The translations under genes were made by a program, and so were the position numbers. The notes below the pieces were generated by a model. That model was not told where the DNA came from. It saw nothing but the letters and a program-made list of their open reading frames with translations, and did not search any database. From a virus: 32,000 nt of DNA. Location of the stretch: IMG/VR virus record IMGVR_UViG_3300045988_073130, positions 64,069-96,068 of that record; one strand, given 5' to 3'. Below are positions 10,354 through 17,593 of the stretch, in pieces. Every line of letters starts with the position of its first letter. The first letter of the stretch is position 1.

Positions 10354-10479
10354 TTGACAAGTGAGCATTTTGGTGGTAAACTGGACTTGTCCAGTAGGAC
10401 AGAGACAAAAGCACGGCACTTTGAAAATTAAAAAAATTTCAAAAAAGGTATTGACAAACTGCTAAAGGTTTGATACAAT
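10354..10479 (+). promoter_or_regulatory. Two tandem strong sigma-A-type promoters with A-rich upstream elements
   Basis: TTGACA (10354-10359), N17, TAAACT (10377-10382); and TTGACA (10451-10456), N17, TACAAT (10474-10479). Both are preceded by TTTCAAAAAA. A TTGTGCAA-N-TGCACAA palindrome lies upstream at about 10285-10302. Confidence 0.65.
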
Positions 10480-10532
10480 ACAGACAGAACAAAAGAGAAC
10501 CACACCACAAAAAGAAAGGGAGTCAAAAGAGT

Positions 10533-10907
10533 ATGAAAAAGATTGATTTTACCAATGAAGATCGAGCCATTATTATGGAGTATATGGCCGCTAAGATGGC
10601 TAAGTCTGCGGCGGAGGCGGCGGAGAAAGCAGCTAAGGCTAAGGCTAAAGAGCTATTCTCCAGATTAGGTAAGGCTTTTAAGGCTACGGACAAAACAAGT
10701 TATCTATATGGCACGGTACAAATGCAGGGTAAGGCGAAAGCGGTGGTATATAAAGAAACTACCGCAAAAGGAACGGTTGACTGGAAAGCCTATGCTATGG
10801 CATTAGGTGGAACGGAAGCCGAAGCAGAGCAATTCCGCAGACCTTCCGATATTCGTACCTCTTTTGATTGGGCGACAAAGACCCAAGAAGAAGAAATTAG
10901 AGGATAA
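10533..10907 (+). CDS. Hypothetical protein (124 aa), Ala/Lys-rich helical N-terminus
   Basis: ATG follows AAAGGGAG; the track ORF starts earlier at a non-ATG codon inside the promoter region. TAA stop, then a hairpin. Confidence 0.6.
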   Translation: MKKIDFTNEDRAIIMEYMAAKMAKSAAEAAEKAAKAKAKELFSRLGKAFKATDKTSYLYGTVQMQGKAKAVVYKETTAKGTVDWKAYAMALGGTEAEAEQFRRPSDIRTSFDWATKTQEEEIRG

Positions 10908-10916
10908 CAGTTTATA

Positions 10917-10952
10917 AACCCTGCCTTGCAAAACACAAGGCAAGGCAGGGTT
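10917..10952 (+). terminator. 12-bp hairpin, probable terminator
   Basis: AACCCTGCCTTG (10917-10928) pairs with CAAGGCAGGGTT (10941-10952). The T-tract is weak. Confidence 0.5.
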
Positions 10953-10981
10953 ATAATAATTAAAAGAAAGGGGTATACTAT

Positions 10982-11128
10982 ATGTATCAATTACAGGTTT
11001 TAGCCAATGAGAAAATGCGCTATTATGAACCATCCACCCTTTCAATGGCAAGATGGAAAGCCAGTCACGAGATAGTCAATCCCAATCATTGGATTGTAGA
11101 TTTATCCAGTGGAGAAATCGTAGATTAA
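10982..11128 (+). CDS. Hypothetical small protein (48 aa)
   Basis: ATG follows AAAGGGG; TAA stop. Below the 60-aa track cutoff. Confidence 0.4.
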   Translation: MYQLQVLANEKMRYYEPSTLSMARWKASHEIVNPNHWIVDLSSGEIVD

Positions 11129-11174
11129 AAAGAAGCTGACCTAACGGCTATACGGGGAGAAAGGATAAAAGACT

Positions 11175-11477
11175 ATGAACAATTATATTAAGTGGTTCGT
11201 TGGGCCTACTTTTAGAAAGCGTGAATTTATTAAACTTTTGCGGTATAAGATGAATGTGCGTTCCGCAGAGGTAGAGGACGGCATCATCTTAGACCTGGAT
11301 GCTTTTAATGCCATGCGAGTGGCCTATATGCCACACTGGGCTTATATCAATAGAAAGTTTATCAATAGCAATCTGCATACCAGAATTGCAAGCGAAGACG
11401 AATATAAGGTTGCTATGGTCGGAGATACAATCGGTACTGAATGGGTTAAAGAACAGGAGGCAAAGAAATGGAAATGA
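11175..11477 (+). CDS. Hypothetical protein (100 aa)
   Basis: Track ORF; GAAAGGA RBS; TGA stop. Confidence 0.6.
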   Translation: MNNYIKWFVGPTFRKREFIKLLRYKMNVRSAEVEDGIILDLDAFNAMRVAYMPHWAYINRKFINSNLHTRIASEDEYKVAMVGDTIGTEWVKEQEAKKWK

Positions 11478-11620
11478 GAATTATTAAGCGGATAGGAGGC
11501 GGCATTTGTGCCGCTCTCCTACTCTGGGCAGTTCTTAGTTGGGCTGATATAGTGGCGGATAACTGTGAGCCAAACCCACAGCACAGCGAATATAATATGT
11601 TCGTTCTCATGACTAAATAA
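11468..11620 (+). CDS. Small membrane protein (50 aa)
   Basis: The ATG overlaps the end of the previous gene. One hydrophobic helix, GGGICAALLLWAVLSWA. TAA stop. Confidence 0.4.
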   Translation: MEMRIIKRIGGGICAALLLWAVLSWADIVADNCEPNPQHSEYNMFVLMTK

Positions 11621-11633
11621 TAGGAGGAAAAAA

Positions 11634-11867
11634 ATGTATAGAGGGACTTATATCGACGCCATTGGCCGCAAGCGCAGAGAGATGGGATATTTCAGTCTTA
11701 ATAAGCCCACTCTGAATAAACTCCATATACCAGTAATTGTCCAAGCGAGAGATAAGACAAGTGCGGCGAATAAAATCAATAGGAAATATAAGTTGCGTAT
11801 AAGTCCCAGCAATCTACGGGAGGTGCCGATGGGCACAGGCTATCTCATGGAAACCATGGAGCTGTAA
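11634..11867 (+). CDS. Hypothetical basic protein (77 aa)
   Basis: Track ORF; TAGGAGG RBS 7 nt upstream; TAA stop followed by a terminator. Confidence 0.6.
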   Translation: MYRGTYIDAIGRKRREMGYFSLNKPTLNKLHIPVIVQARDKTSAANKINRKYKLRISPSNLREVPMGTGYLMETMEL

Positions 11868-11877
11868 AGGAATAAAA

Positions 11878-11916
11878 ATGACTGGCAATCTGCACAAAGA
11901 TTGCCAGTCATTTTTA
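11878..11916 (+). terminator. Rho-independent terminator
   Basis: 13-bp stem (ATGACTGGCAATC with GATTGCCAGTCAT) followed by TTTTT. Confidence 0.75.
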
Positions 11917-11943
11917 TGCACTTTTCCATATTGACTTTTCGCC

Positions 11944-12080
11944 GGGCCGCCAGCGTGCGCCGCGGCCCAAATTTTTATTTATCCGGCAGTTTCAACAATT
12001 ATATGATCGAAAGTCTGTGCAATTCGACAAAAGATTTTCTCCCGAAATTACTTGACATTCCTCTTGTCATGTGTTATTAT
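11944..12080 (+). promoter_or_regulatory. Repeated regulatory cassette, copy A
   Basis: GC hairpin GGGCCGC/GCGGCCC (11944-11968) plus T-tract; half-sites TTCAACAA (11991) and TGTGCAA (12016); TCTCCCGAAA (12038); TTGACA (12052), N17, TATTAT (12075). Followed by a CTTGTCC..GGACAAG leader hairpin and the SD AAAGGAAGTAAA. Confidence 0.6.
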
Positions 12081-12134
12081 ATACTTGTCCAGAGGGACAA
12101 GGTCACAAAAAGAATTTGAAAGGAAGTAAAAGAA

Positions 12135-12374
12135 ATGACTTTGAAAATGATTGCAGGTCTGCTTTCTCCGCTCGCAGAAGATACCATGTTCTTTGACGGG
12201 GAAGGGGTCGAAATTATCAATGAGAATACTCAAGCTCATTACCATGAGCTACCTGATCACAAGATAACCCTGGGAGGAGACGTCATTGAGGCGTCTAAGG
12301 AATGGGTGCTGGGACTTCCGGTAACTGGCATTAAAGCAAGAGGCAACAATCTAATCATTTATGTAGATGGTTAA
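12135..12374 (+). CDS. Hypothetical protein (79 aa)
   Basis: Track ORF; SD AAAGGAAGTAAA; TAA stop. An 11-bp hairpin (12385-12413) follows. Confidence 0.6.
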   Translation: MTLKMIAGLLSPLAEDTMFFDGEGVEIINENTQAHYHELPDHKITLGGDVIEASKEWVLGLPVTGIKARGNNLIIYVDG

Positions 12375-12437
12375 GAAAACCTGCGGGAGTGGAGGTTTAT
12401 GGCCTCCACTCCCCACGATAAAAAAGGAGAAATAAAT

Positions 12438-12653
12438 ATGATTGCTGTTATTAAATTTGAAAGTGCAGAAAAGTCTGTGGAGTTTGGAAACACAATTTGT
12501 AATATGGCTGGTTGGTGTTTGAGTCATCCTCTCAATTCCAATGTTACCGGCTGTGTTCGTACGCTTGATTTTAATGCCGGCGACAAGCAAGATAGAGCCT
12601 TATATAATTATCTGCTAAAAATTGGAGCTTTCGAGGAGGTGGAATTAAAGTGA
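12438..12653 (+). CDS. Hypothetical protein (71 aa)
   Basis: ATG follows AAAAGGAGA. The track start at 12399 lies inside the preceding hairpin. Confidence 0.55.
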   Translation: MIAVIKFESAEKSVEFGNTICNMAGWCLSHPLNSNVTGCVRTLDFNAGDKQDRALYNYLLKIGAFEEVELK

Positions 12654-12781
12654 GTATTGAGCGTTTACCGCACACATATCCCATTGGCTCCACTGTTTGG
12701 ACAAATAAGGGATATGGCACAGTTCTACTTCACATTGGTAAATACCATCTGGTTTGGTTACAGAGATTAGGGTTGGCGTAA
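12650..12781 (+). CDS. Hypothetical small protein (43 aa)
   Basis: GTG start overlaps the previous stop (GTGA) and follows GAGGAGG. TAA stop. Confidence 0.4.
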   Translation: MSIERLPHTYPIGSTVWTNKGYGTVLLHIGKYHLVWLQRLGLA

Positions 12782-12854
12782 TGCCGGCCCTATTGATTTT
12801 TTCAAAAAAATATATTATAATAATTATAGAAAAATAAAGAAAGGAGTTTTTCTA

Positions 12855-12992
12855 ATGACCTTAGAAGTGCTGAAAGCACTCGCGGTTATTTTGGAGTTCT
12901 GTTTGAACTAGGATTCTTGTAAAAATTGTCCTATGTCTCAGTTCTGCCAGAAATGCCTTGCGAGTGGTAAATGTTCCTTCCGATTGTTCTAA
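12855..12992 (+). CDS. Small Cys-rich protein (45 aa) with 1 in-frame TAG
   Basis: TATAAT-type promoter and AAAGGAG RBS. Translation MTLEVLKALAVILEFCLN-Q-DSCKNCPMSQFCQKCLASGKC; TAG at 12909-12911; TAA stop. Confidence 0.45.
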
Positions 12993-13058
12993 ATCGGCGA
13001 TTCCCGTGATGGAGTCGTTTTTCGCACGAGCCTAGGTCACTAGAATTTATTTATCAAA

Positions 13059-13292
13059 ATGCAAGAAACTACTTTCTCTCGCAAATTAGATTCAAGTGGT
13101 AGAATTATGATTCCGATTCGCTTGCGTGAACAAATGGGACTTACTTCCGGTTAGGAATACTATTTTACTACTATGGTAAAAGATGGTAGAAAATATATCT
13201 GTATTGACTGCGGATCGGTTGATTCCTCGCTTGAAGAAGCTATGAAAATTATCCAAGCAAACGGATTAAAGATTGTTGAAAATGCCGATTGA
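13059..13292 (+). CDS. AbrB/SpoVT (MazE-like swapped-hairpin) DNA-binding protein with 1 in-frame TAG
   Basis: The N-terminus reads RKLDSSGRIMIPIRLREQMGLTSG-Q-EYYF, which matches the AbrB-type fold. TAG at 13152-13154 is in frame; TGA stop at 13290-13292. No clear SD. Confidence 0.55.
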
Positions 13293-13334
13293 CTTCTCAA
13301 AAGAAAGGGAGTTGTTGGTATGCAGAAATTAATG

Positions 13335-13367
13335 ACCTCCTGAAATTCAGGAGGTTCTTTTTTTTTA
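13335..13367 (+). terminator. Rho-independent terminator
   Basis: ACCTCCTGA pairs with TCAGGAGGT, followed by a T-run of about 10. Confidence 0.75.
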
Positions 13368-13376
13368 TTCGTTCGC

Positions 13377-13493
13377 CCGGCCGTGCACCACAGGCGCGGC
13401 CGGAATTTTTTATCAAGAGGCAATTTGCACAATTTTCCAGCCGAAATTTTGTGCAGTTTGCCTCTTGTTTTCTATCCCGAAATCTGATATACT
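13377..13493 (+). promoter_or_regulatory. Repeated regulatory cassette, copy B
   Basis: GC hairpin CCGGCCG/CGGCCGG (13377-13403) plus T-tract; TTGCACAA (13425-13432), N16, TTGTGCA (13449-13455); TTGTTT (13465), N17 containing TCCCGAAA, TATACT (13488). Confidence 0.6.
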
Positions 13494-13525
13494 TTAATCA
13501 ACCTAAAGAAAGGAAGTAAATCAAA

Positions 13526-13990
13526 ATGAAAAAGATGCTCTGCTTTGATATGGATGGAACAATCGCTGACCTGTACGGCGTGGATGATTGGTTAAAAGAT
13601 TTAATGAATGAAAATCCCTATCCATATACAGTCGCCAAACCTCTTTGCGATATAGAAGAATTGAATACCGTTCTTAATAAACTCATTGAGCAGGGCTGGG
13701 AAATTCGGGTTATCAGTTGGCTTGCAAAAGACAGTTCTAACTCATATAAAACTGCTGTTCGTGACGCAAAGCGCACTTGGCTTGCAAAATACAACTTCCC
13801 CGCACATAAAGTCCACCTTGTGGAATATGGCACAACAAAAGCAAATTGTGTGCGGAAACACTTTGAGCCGGGAATTAGCAATTTCATTTTGATTGATGAT
13901 AATAAAAGTGTGCGGGATGGCTGGCATTTAGGGGAAACAATCGAGCCACATGAAGATTTACCTACGGCCTTATGGCGACTGGTAGAGTAA
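13526..13990 (+). CDS. HAD-superfamily phosphatase, 5'(3')-deoxyribonucleotidase-like
   Basis: Contains the DxDGT motif (CFDMDGTIAD) at the N-terminus and LIDDN late in the protein. Size is 154 aa. SD AAAGGAAGTAAA. Confidence 0.6.
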   Translation: MKKMLCFDMDGTIADLYGVDDWLKDLMNENPYPYTVAKPLCDIEELNTVLNKLIEQGWEIRVISWLAKDSSNSYKTAVRDAKRTWLAKYNFPAHKVHLVEYGTTKANCVRKHFEPGISNFILIDDNKSVRDGWHLGETIEPHEDLPTALWRLVE

Positions 13991-14030
13991 TCCACCAGTC
14001 AATCTTAAAATAAGAAAGGAAGTTTTGTAA

Positions 14031-14219
14031 ATGAAGATTAGAAAGGTTAATAGGCTTATCCTCAGCGAGGAAGAGCGACAAGTATTGAAAAATGCGTCCA
14101 TTCTCATTGGTCAAATTGATCAGGTTATGGCCGACAATGAAATTGATGACGATATTTCGCTTGAAGATTTGAGCTATTGGCTTGACGAGATTATCAATAA
14201 AGAATATCTTGGATATTAA
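14031..14219 (+). CDS. Hypothetical acidic protein (62 aa)
   Basis: Track ORF; GAAAGGAAG RBS; TAA stop inside the terminator stem. Confidence 0.55.
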   Translation: MKIRKVNRLILSEEERQVLKNASILIGQIDQVMADNEIDDDISLEDLSYWLDEIINKEYLGY

Positions 14220-14243
14220 GAGGGCTTCGGCCCTCTTATTTTT
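14218..14243 (+). terminator. Rho-independent terminator
   Basis: AGAGGGC-TTCG-GCCCTCT followed by TTTTT. Confidence 0.75.
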
Positions 14244-14263
14244 ACTCTTTAATATCGTTTGGG

Positions 14264-14380
14264 CGGCTCGCTGGCGCACGCGGCGAGCCGAGTTTTTGTT
14301 TTTGTCGATGTTGCACAATTTTGGCTTGCAAATTTTGTGCAATTTGCCATCTTGTAATTATCCCGAAAGTATGGTATTAT
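14264..14380 (+). promoter_or_regulatory. Repeated regulatory cassette, copy C
   Basis: GC hairpin CGGCTCG/CGAGCCG (14264-14290) plus TTTTT; TTGCACAA (14311-14318), N16, TTGTGCAA (14335-14342); TTGTAA (14352), N17 containing TCCCGAAA, TATTAT (14375). Confidence 0.6.
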
Positions 14381-14545
14381 ATATTTGTCAAGAGGGGAAG
14401 GCCAAGAAATCAAGAGGTCGCGAACTCTTAGAAAGTAAAGGAAGTAAATTTATATTGTGTCGTAAGTCGAGTGAACGCCGTTAGAATAGGCCGTTCTAAT
14501 GCCCAGTAGCTTGCAGTAAATCGCAATAAAAATTTCCTTTTCCTC

Positions 14546-14574
14546 TTGACATCAAGCATGATATGTGCTATAAT
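14546..14574 (+). promoter_or_regulatory. Consensus sigma-A promoter
   Basis: TTGACA (14546-14551), N17, TATAAT (14569-14574), 33 nt upstream of the exonuclease start. Confidence 0.7.
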
Positions 14575-14606
14575 AAACTCAACAAGAGGAAAGGAAGTCA
14601 AAGATT

Positions 14607-15398
14607 ATGATTGATAAGCGTAGACACTATGTTTTGGTGGTTGATACTGAAACTGCTAACACACTGACTGAAACTGACGAAAACGGCAAAGCCCGCATGG
14701 ATATGAGTTGCGTTCTTGTCTATGATTGCGGATGGGCGGTAGTGGATACCAAGGGCAATATTTATGAAACTGCCAGTTTTGTAAATAGGGACATTTTCAA
14801 CGATGAGCGGGATCTCATGCGGACTGCTTATTATAATTGGAAAATTCCCCGCTATATTGAGGAACTGCGGGCCGGCACTCGTAAAATGGCTACCACTTAT
14901 GAAATCCGCCAAGCTATGCTCAATACCATTGAGCGATACGGCATTAAGGAAGTTGCGGCTTATAATGCCAGATTTGACGATAATGCCTTGAGAGTTACAC
15001 AGCGTTATGTGACCTACTCCAAGTGGCGTTATTGGTTCCCGTTTGACAGCGTGGAGATTTGGGATATTATGAAGATGACACAGGATGTTATCTGCAATAT
15101 GCCCACTTATAAGAAATTCTGTCAGGAAAACGGATATGTCCAGGCTAATGGTGTCCCCCGCAAGACTGCGGAAATCGTGTGGCGGTTTATCTCTGGCAAT
15201 ACCGATTTTGAAGAAAGTCATACGGGGCTTGAGGATGTTCTGATTGAGGCGGAAATCATGTGGTATTGTATGCGTCAGCATAAGCCCATGAGAAAGGCCC
15301 TGTATGAGAATAAAAGAGAGTTTCCGTCTATGACAGATTTTCAGCGTCAACTTTCCGCAAGTTTGAAAAATAATCCGACAATTCGGGTAGGGGCTTAA
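14607..15398 (+). CDS. DEDDh-family 3'-5' exonuclease (DnaQ/RNase T-like)
   Basis: Exo I VVDTET, Exo II AYNARFD, Exo III ESHTGLEDV (H-x4-D). Length 263 aa. The large antisense ORF 14598..15350 is its shadow. Confidence 0.7.
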   Translation: MIDKRRHYVLVVDTETANTLTETDENGKARMDMSCVLVYDCGWAVVDTKGNIYETASFVNRDIFNDERDLMRTAYYNWKIPRYIEELRAGTRKMATTYEIRQAMLNTIERYGIKEVAAYNARFDDNALRVTQRYVTYSKWRYWFPFDSVEIWDIMKMTQDVICNMPTYKKFCQENGYVQANGVPRKTAEIVWRFISGNTDFEESHTGLEDVLIEAEIMWYCMRQHKPMRKALYENKREFPSMTDFQRQLSASLKNNPTIRVGA

Positions 15399-15425
15399 AG
15401 CCCCGCCCGATAGAAAGGAAAAGAA

Positions 15426-15611
15426 ATGTTTTCAAGACAGTTTACCACTAACCATCTTGACCCCGATTATGTCTATGAGGTTATTCACCTTATGCAGCGA
15501 CTGGGATGGTTTGTTGATGGGCCGACAGAAACCGGACTTTTGACTGTAAATATCCTTCTGGATGATATGCCGCTTTGGGATATGGTTTATAGTTATATGA
15601 TTGATATTTAA
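15426..15611 (+). CDS. Hypothetical protein (61 aa)
   Basis: Track ORF; GAAAGGAAAAG RBS; TAA stop followed by a terminator. Confidence 0.55.
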   Translation: MFSRQFTTNHLDPDYVYEVIHLMQRLGWFVDGPTETGLLTVNILLDDMPLWDMVYSYMIDI

Positions 15612-15641
15612 GAGGGCTTTACAGCCCTCTTATTTTTTTTT
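15610..15641 (+). terminator. Rho-independent terminator
   Basis: AGAGGGC-TTTACA-GCCCTCT followed by a T-run of 9. Confidence 0.75.
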
Positions 15642-15657
15642 ATATCTAAAAGGTCGA

Positions 15658-15817
15658 CGGCCCGCGGATGGCTGACGCGGGCCGAATTTTTCAATGGTAA
15701 TGTTGCACAAAAATTTCGTCCCGTTTTTGTGCAGAATTTTGCACAAAAACTCTCTCCCAAAATTCCGATTTTTTGTGCAATTCGACGCTTGCAATCTGCT
15801 TTTGCTTGTGGTAAAAT
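15658..15817 (+). promoter_or_regulatory. Repeated regulatory cassette, copy D (double operator)
   Basis: GC hairpin CGGCCCGCG/CGCGGGCCG (15658-15684) plus TTTTT. Two inverted-repeat pairs: TTGCACAA 15703 with TTGTGCA 15727, and TTGCACAA 15739 with TTGTGCAA 15773. TCTCCCAAAA at 15753. TTGCAA (15789), N17, TAAAAT (15812). Confidence 0.6.
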
Positions 15818-15888
15818 ACATTCAGAAAGTGAGAGAGACGAACGGCAGACAGTGACAGCGAATTTCTCAAAAATCTTTCAAAAACCTC

Positions 15889-16089
15889 TTGACAAGCCTT
15901 TGAAGATGTGCTATAATAAGTACAGAAAACAAGGCAATGTACCTTGAAAATTAAATAAAAAGGGCTTGACAAACTTTCCAAAGTGTGTTACACTATAAGG
16001 GAGGTTGAGAGGGCAAACAAGTAAAGGGCAAAAGTTCTTGAAAAAAGTTTGAAAAACCTCTTGACAAGTACCAAATAGTGTGGTACAAT
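15889..16089 (+). promoter_or_regulatory. Three tandem strong sigma-A promoters
   Basis: TTGACA 15889, N17, TATAAT 15912. TTGACA 15966, N17, TACACT 15989. TTGACA 16061, N17, TACAAT 16084. The first and third share the upstream motif AAAAACCTC. Confidence 0.7.
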
Positions 16090-16137
16090 ATAATCAAAGG
16101 ACAAGGACAGTCCTAAAAACCAGAAAGGATGTATATT

Positions 16138-16539
16138 ATGGACGAGAAGAAAATCCGCATTACTAAGGCCCAGCGTTTTGAAGACATTAAGGCCCTCTTG
16201 ACTGACGGCGAGGTAAAGTATGGCACTACCATCGAGGTGGCTATTACTATCATTGACCATGAGCTGGAGCTTCTGCGTAAGAAGAATAGCTCTAGCGGTG
16301 ACAAGAAGCTGACTCCCACCCAGCAGGAGAACGAGAATTTTAAGGAGCAGATTATGGAGTATCTGGCTGATCTGGATGCCGATACCGATGGCGTGACCTG
16401 CACGGAAATTTTTAAGGCTATTCCTGATCTGACGGCCTATTCTAACCAGAAGGTCGCCGCCCTTGTGCGGCAGTTGAAACTCGATGGTCGAGTGGTCTGC
16501 ACGGAAAAGAAGGGCAAGTCCCTTTTTAAGATGGCGTAA
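16138..16539 (+). CDS. Putative winged-helix DNA-binding protein (133 aa), paralog of 25927..26367
   Basis: ATG follows AAAGGA. It shares an architecture with 25927..26367: a helical N-terminal part containing HE[LV]ELL, then a C-terminal T..EI.KA......Q.V.A...QL segment. Confidence 0.5.
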   Translation: MDEKKIRITKAQRFEDIKALLTDGEVKYGTTIEVAITIIDHELELLRKKNSSSGDKKLTPTQQENENFKEQIMEYLADLDADTDGVTCTEIFKAIPDLTAYSNQKVAALVRQLKLDGRVVCTEKKGKSLFKMA

Positions 16540-16547
16540 CCCCGTAT

Positions 16548-16572
16548 AGGGCGGGGTGAAAATCCCCGCCCT
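16548..16572 (+). terminator. 9-bp GC hairpin, probable terminator
   Basis: AGGGCGGGG-TGAAAAT-CCCCGCCCT. No clear T-tract. Confidence 0.5.
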
Positions 16573-16596
16573 AACTTATAATATGGGGGTGATATT

Positions 16597-16995
16597 ATAT
16601 CCAGTCGTATTAGTGACGCTGAACGGATTGCAAGGTATAAAGCCCTGCAATTAACGCCGGAAGAGGAGGCAGATTTATTGGCCTATGATAAAGCGGTAGA
16701 GGCTGATAAAAAGACTAAATACGATTTACCGCCAGAAAAGGCGAAAATCGCTCAAAAGTTTGCCCATGCTGGAACGCGCAAACAGCCAACCGCATATAAG
16801 TTCACTACACGGCAACGCAAGCCAAACGCCACGAAAGGCGGTATAATTGCGGAATTGGCAGAGTTTTTGGAAAAAAACAGTCAATTCTCTATCGCTGACT
16901 TGTCTATTACTAACAAGGAAAGACAGATTGCGTTTTCTATTGGTGGGGATAGTTTCGAGTTGACGCTTGTGCAAAAGCGTAAACCGAAGAAATAA
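16597..16995 (+). CDS. Hypothetical basic protein; start codon unresolved (no in-frame ATG/GTG, first TTG at 16678)
   Basis: The frame is open from 16582 and reads protein-like (SSRISDAERIARYKALQLTPEEEADLL) before the track's TTG at 16678. GGGGGTGA lies at 16585-16592, with ATT at 16594 and ATA at 16597 just after it. TAA stop at 16993-16995. Confidence 0.4.
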   Translation: MSSRISDAERIARYKALQLTPEEEADLLAYDKAVEADKKTKYDLPPEKAKIAQKFAHAGTRKQPTAYKFTTRQRKPNATKGGIIAELAEFLEKNSQFSIADLSITNKERQIAFSIGGDSFELTLVQKRKPKK

Positions 16996-16997
16996 CG

Positions 16998-17027
16998 TGG
17001 TAGGGTCGGCCTACCCCGGCCCTACCA
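16998..17027 (+). terminator. Hairpin with two alternative pairings
   Basis: TGGTAGGG (16998-17005) can pair with CCCTACCA (17020-17027), or GGTAGG with CCTACC (17010-17015). Confidence 0.45.
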
Positions 17028-17079
17028 GAAAAGAGGTAAGTTATAGTTAGTTTACAGACAAGGGGAAAAGAGTTTCTAT

Positions 17080-17402
17080 ATGTCGGACATTATATCGACA
17101 AAAAGGGGCGCTATATTCTCAAGATTGGCACGACAAATGATCTTGAGCGCAGAGCCGCAGAACATACGAGAAATTATAAGCGGGCTCCAGATTACACCAT
17201 GCCGGAAGATGGTTCCTTTATCTATGATTGGCATATCAAACTTTCCAAGTATAATACCCTCCGATATGAGGATGTAAACCGGACTTTGTGGCAGAATATG
17301 GGAATTGGTCGTTTTATCAGAAATGACCGTTTCTTGTGCGACACTCCTCCGGCCATGGTTACGGTGGTTATTCGCAAGGCATACCCGATAATTCTCAATT
17401 AA
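17080..17402 (+). CDS. T5orf172/GIY-YIG-like domain protein whose ATG and catalytic-domain frame differ by one nucleotide
   Basis: ATG at 17080 follows AAAAGAG and is in frame 1. The recognisable domain (KKGRYILKIGTTNDLERRAAEH...) is in frame 0 from about 17079 to TAA 17400-17402 and has no canonical start before 17199. The two frames meet at the run A5G4 (17100-17108). Confidence 0.45.
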
Positions 17403-17406
17403 AGAA

Positions 17407-17435
17407 AAATCTCCCCTTATGGGGAGATTTTTTTT
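17407..17435 (+). terminator. Rho-independent terminator
   Basis: AAATCTCCCC-TTAT-GGGGAGATTT followed by TTTTT. Confidence 0.8.
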
Positions 17436-17450
17436 ACGCAAAATTTTGGG

Positions 17451-17567
17451 CGGACCGCTTGCGTGCGCCGCGGTCCGATTTTTTCTTCTATTGTCATTTT
17501 CAACAATTTTGAATTGAAAATCTGTGCAACTTGACAGCTTGACTTTCTCCCAAAAATGTGGTATCAT
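17451..17567 (+). promoter_or_regulatory. Repeated regulatory cassette, copy E
   Basis: GC hairpin CGGACCGC/GCGGTCCG (17451-17477) plus TTTTTT; TTCAACAA (17499), N16, TGTGCAA (17523); TTGACT (17539), N17 containing TCTCCCAAAA, TATCAT (17562). Confidence 0.6.
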
Positions 17568-17593
17568 TTAACTATGGAAAGGAGATAAAAGAA

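Noticed and set aside
10120-10431. 103-aa track ORF
   Set aside because: It spans two strong promoters, a palindromic operator and A-rich UP-like tracts. It has no SD, and its composition looks like regulatory DNA.
14598-15350. 250-aa minus-strand ORF
   Set aside because: It is the antisense shadow of the DEDDh exonuclease gene, which has clear catalytic motifs. It has no RBS or recognisable domain. The same reasoning applies to 13618..13995, 13962..14342, 19116..19577, 17076..17567, 23403..23780, 23777..24091, 23796..24131, 24104..24478, 7750..8097 and 8550..8765.
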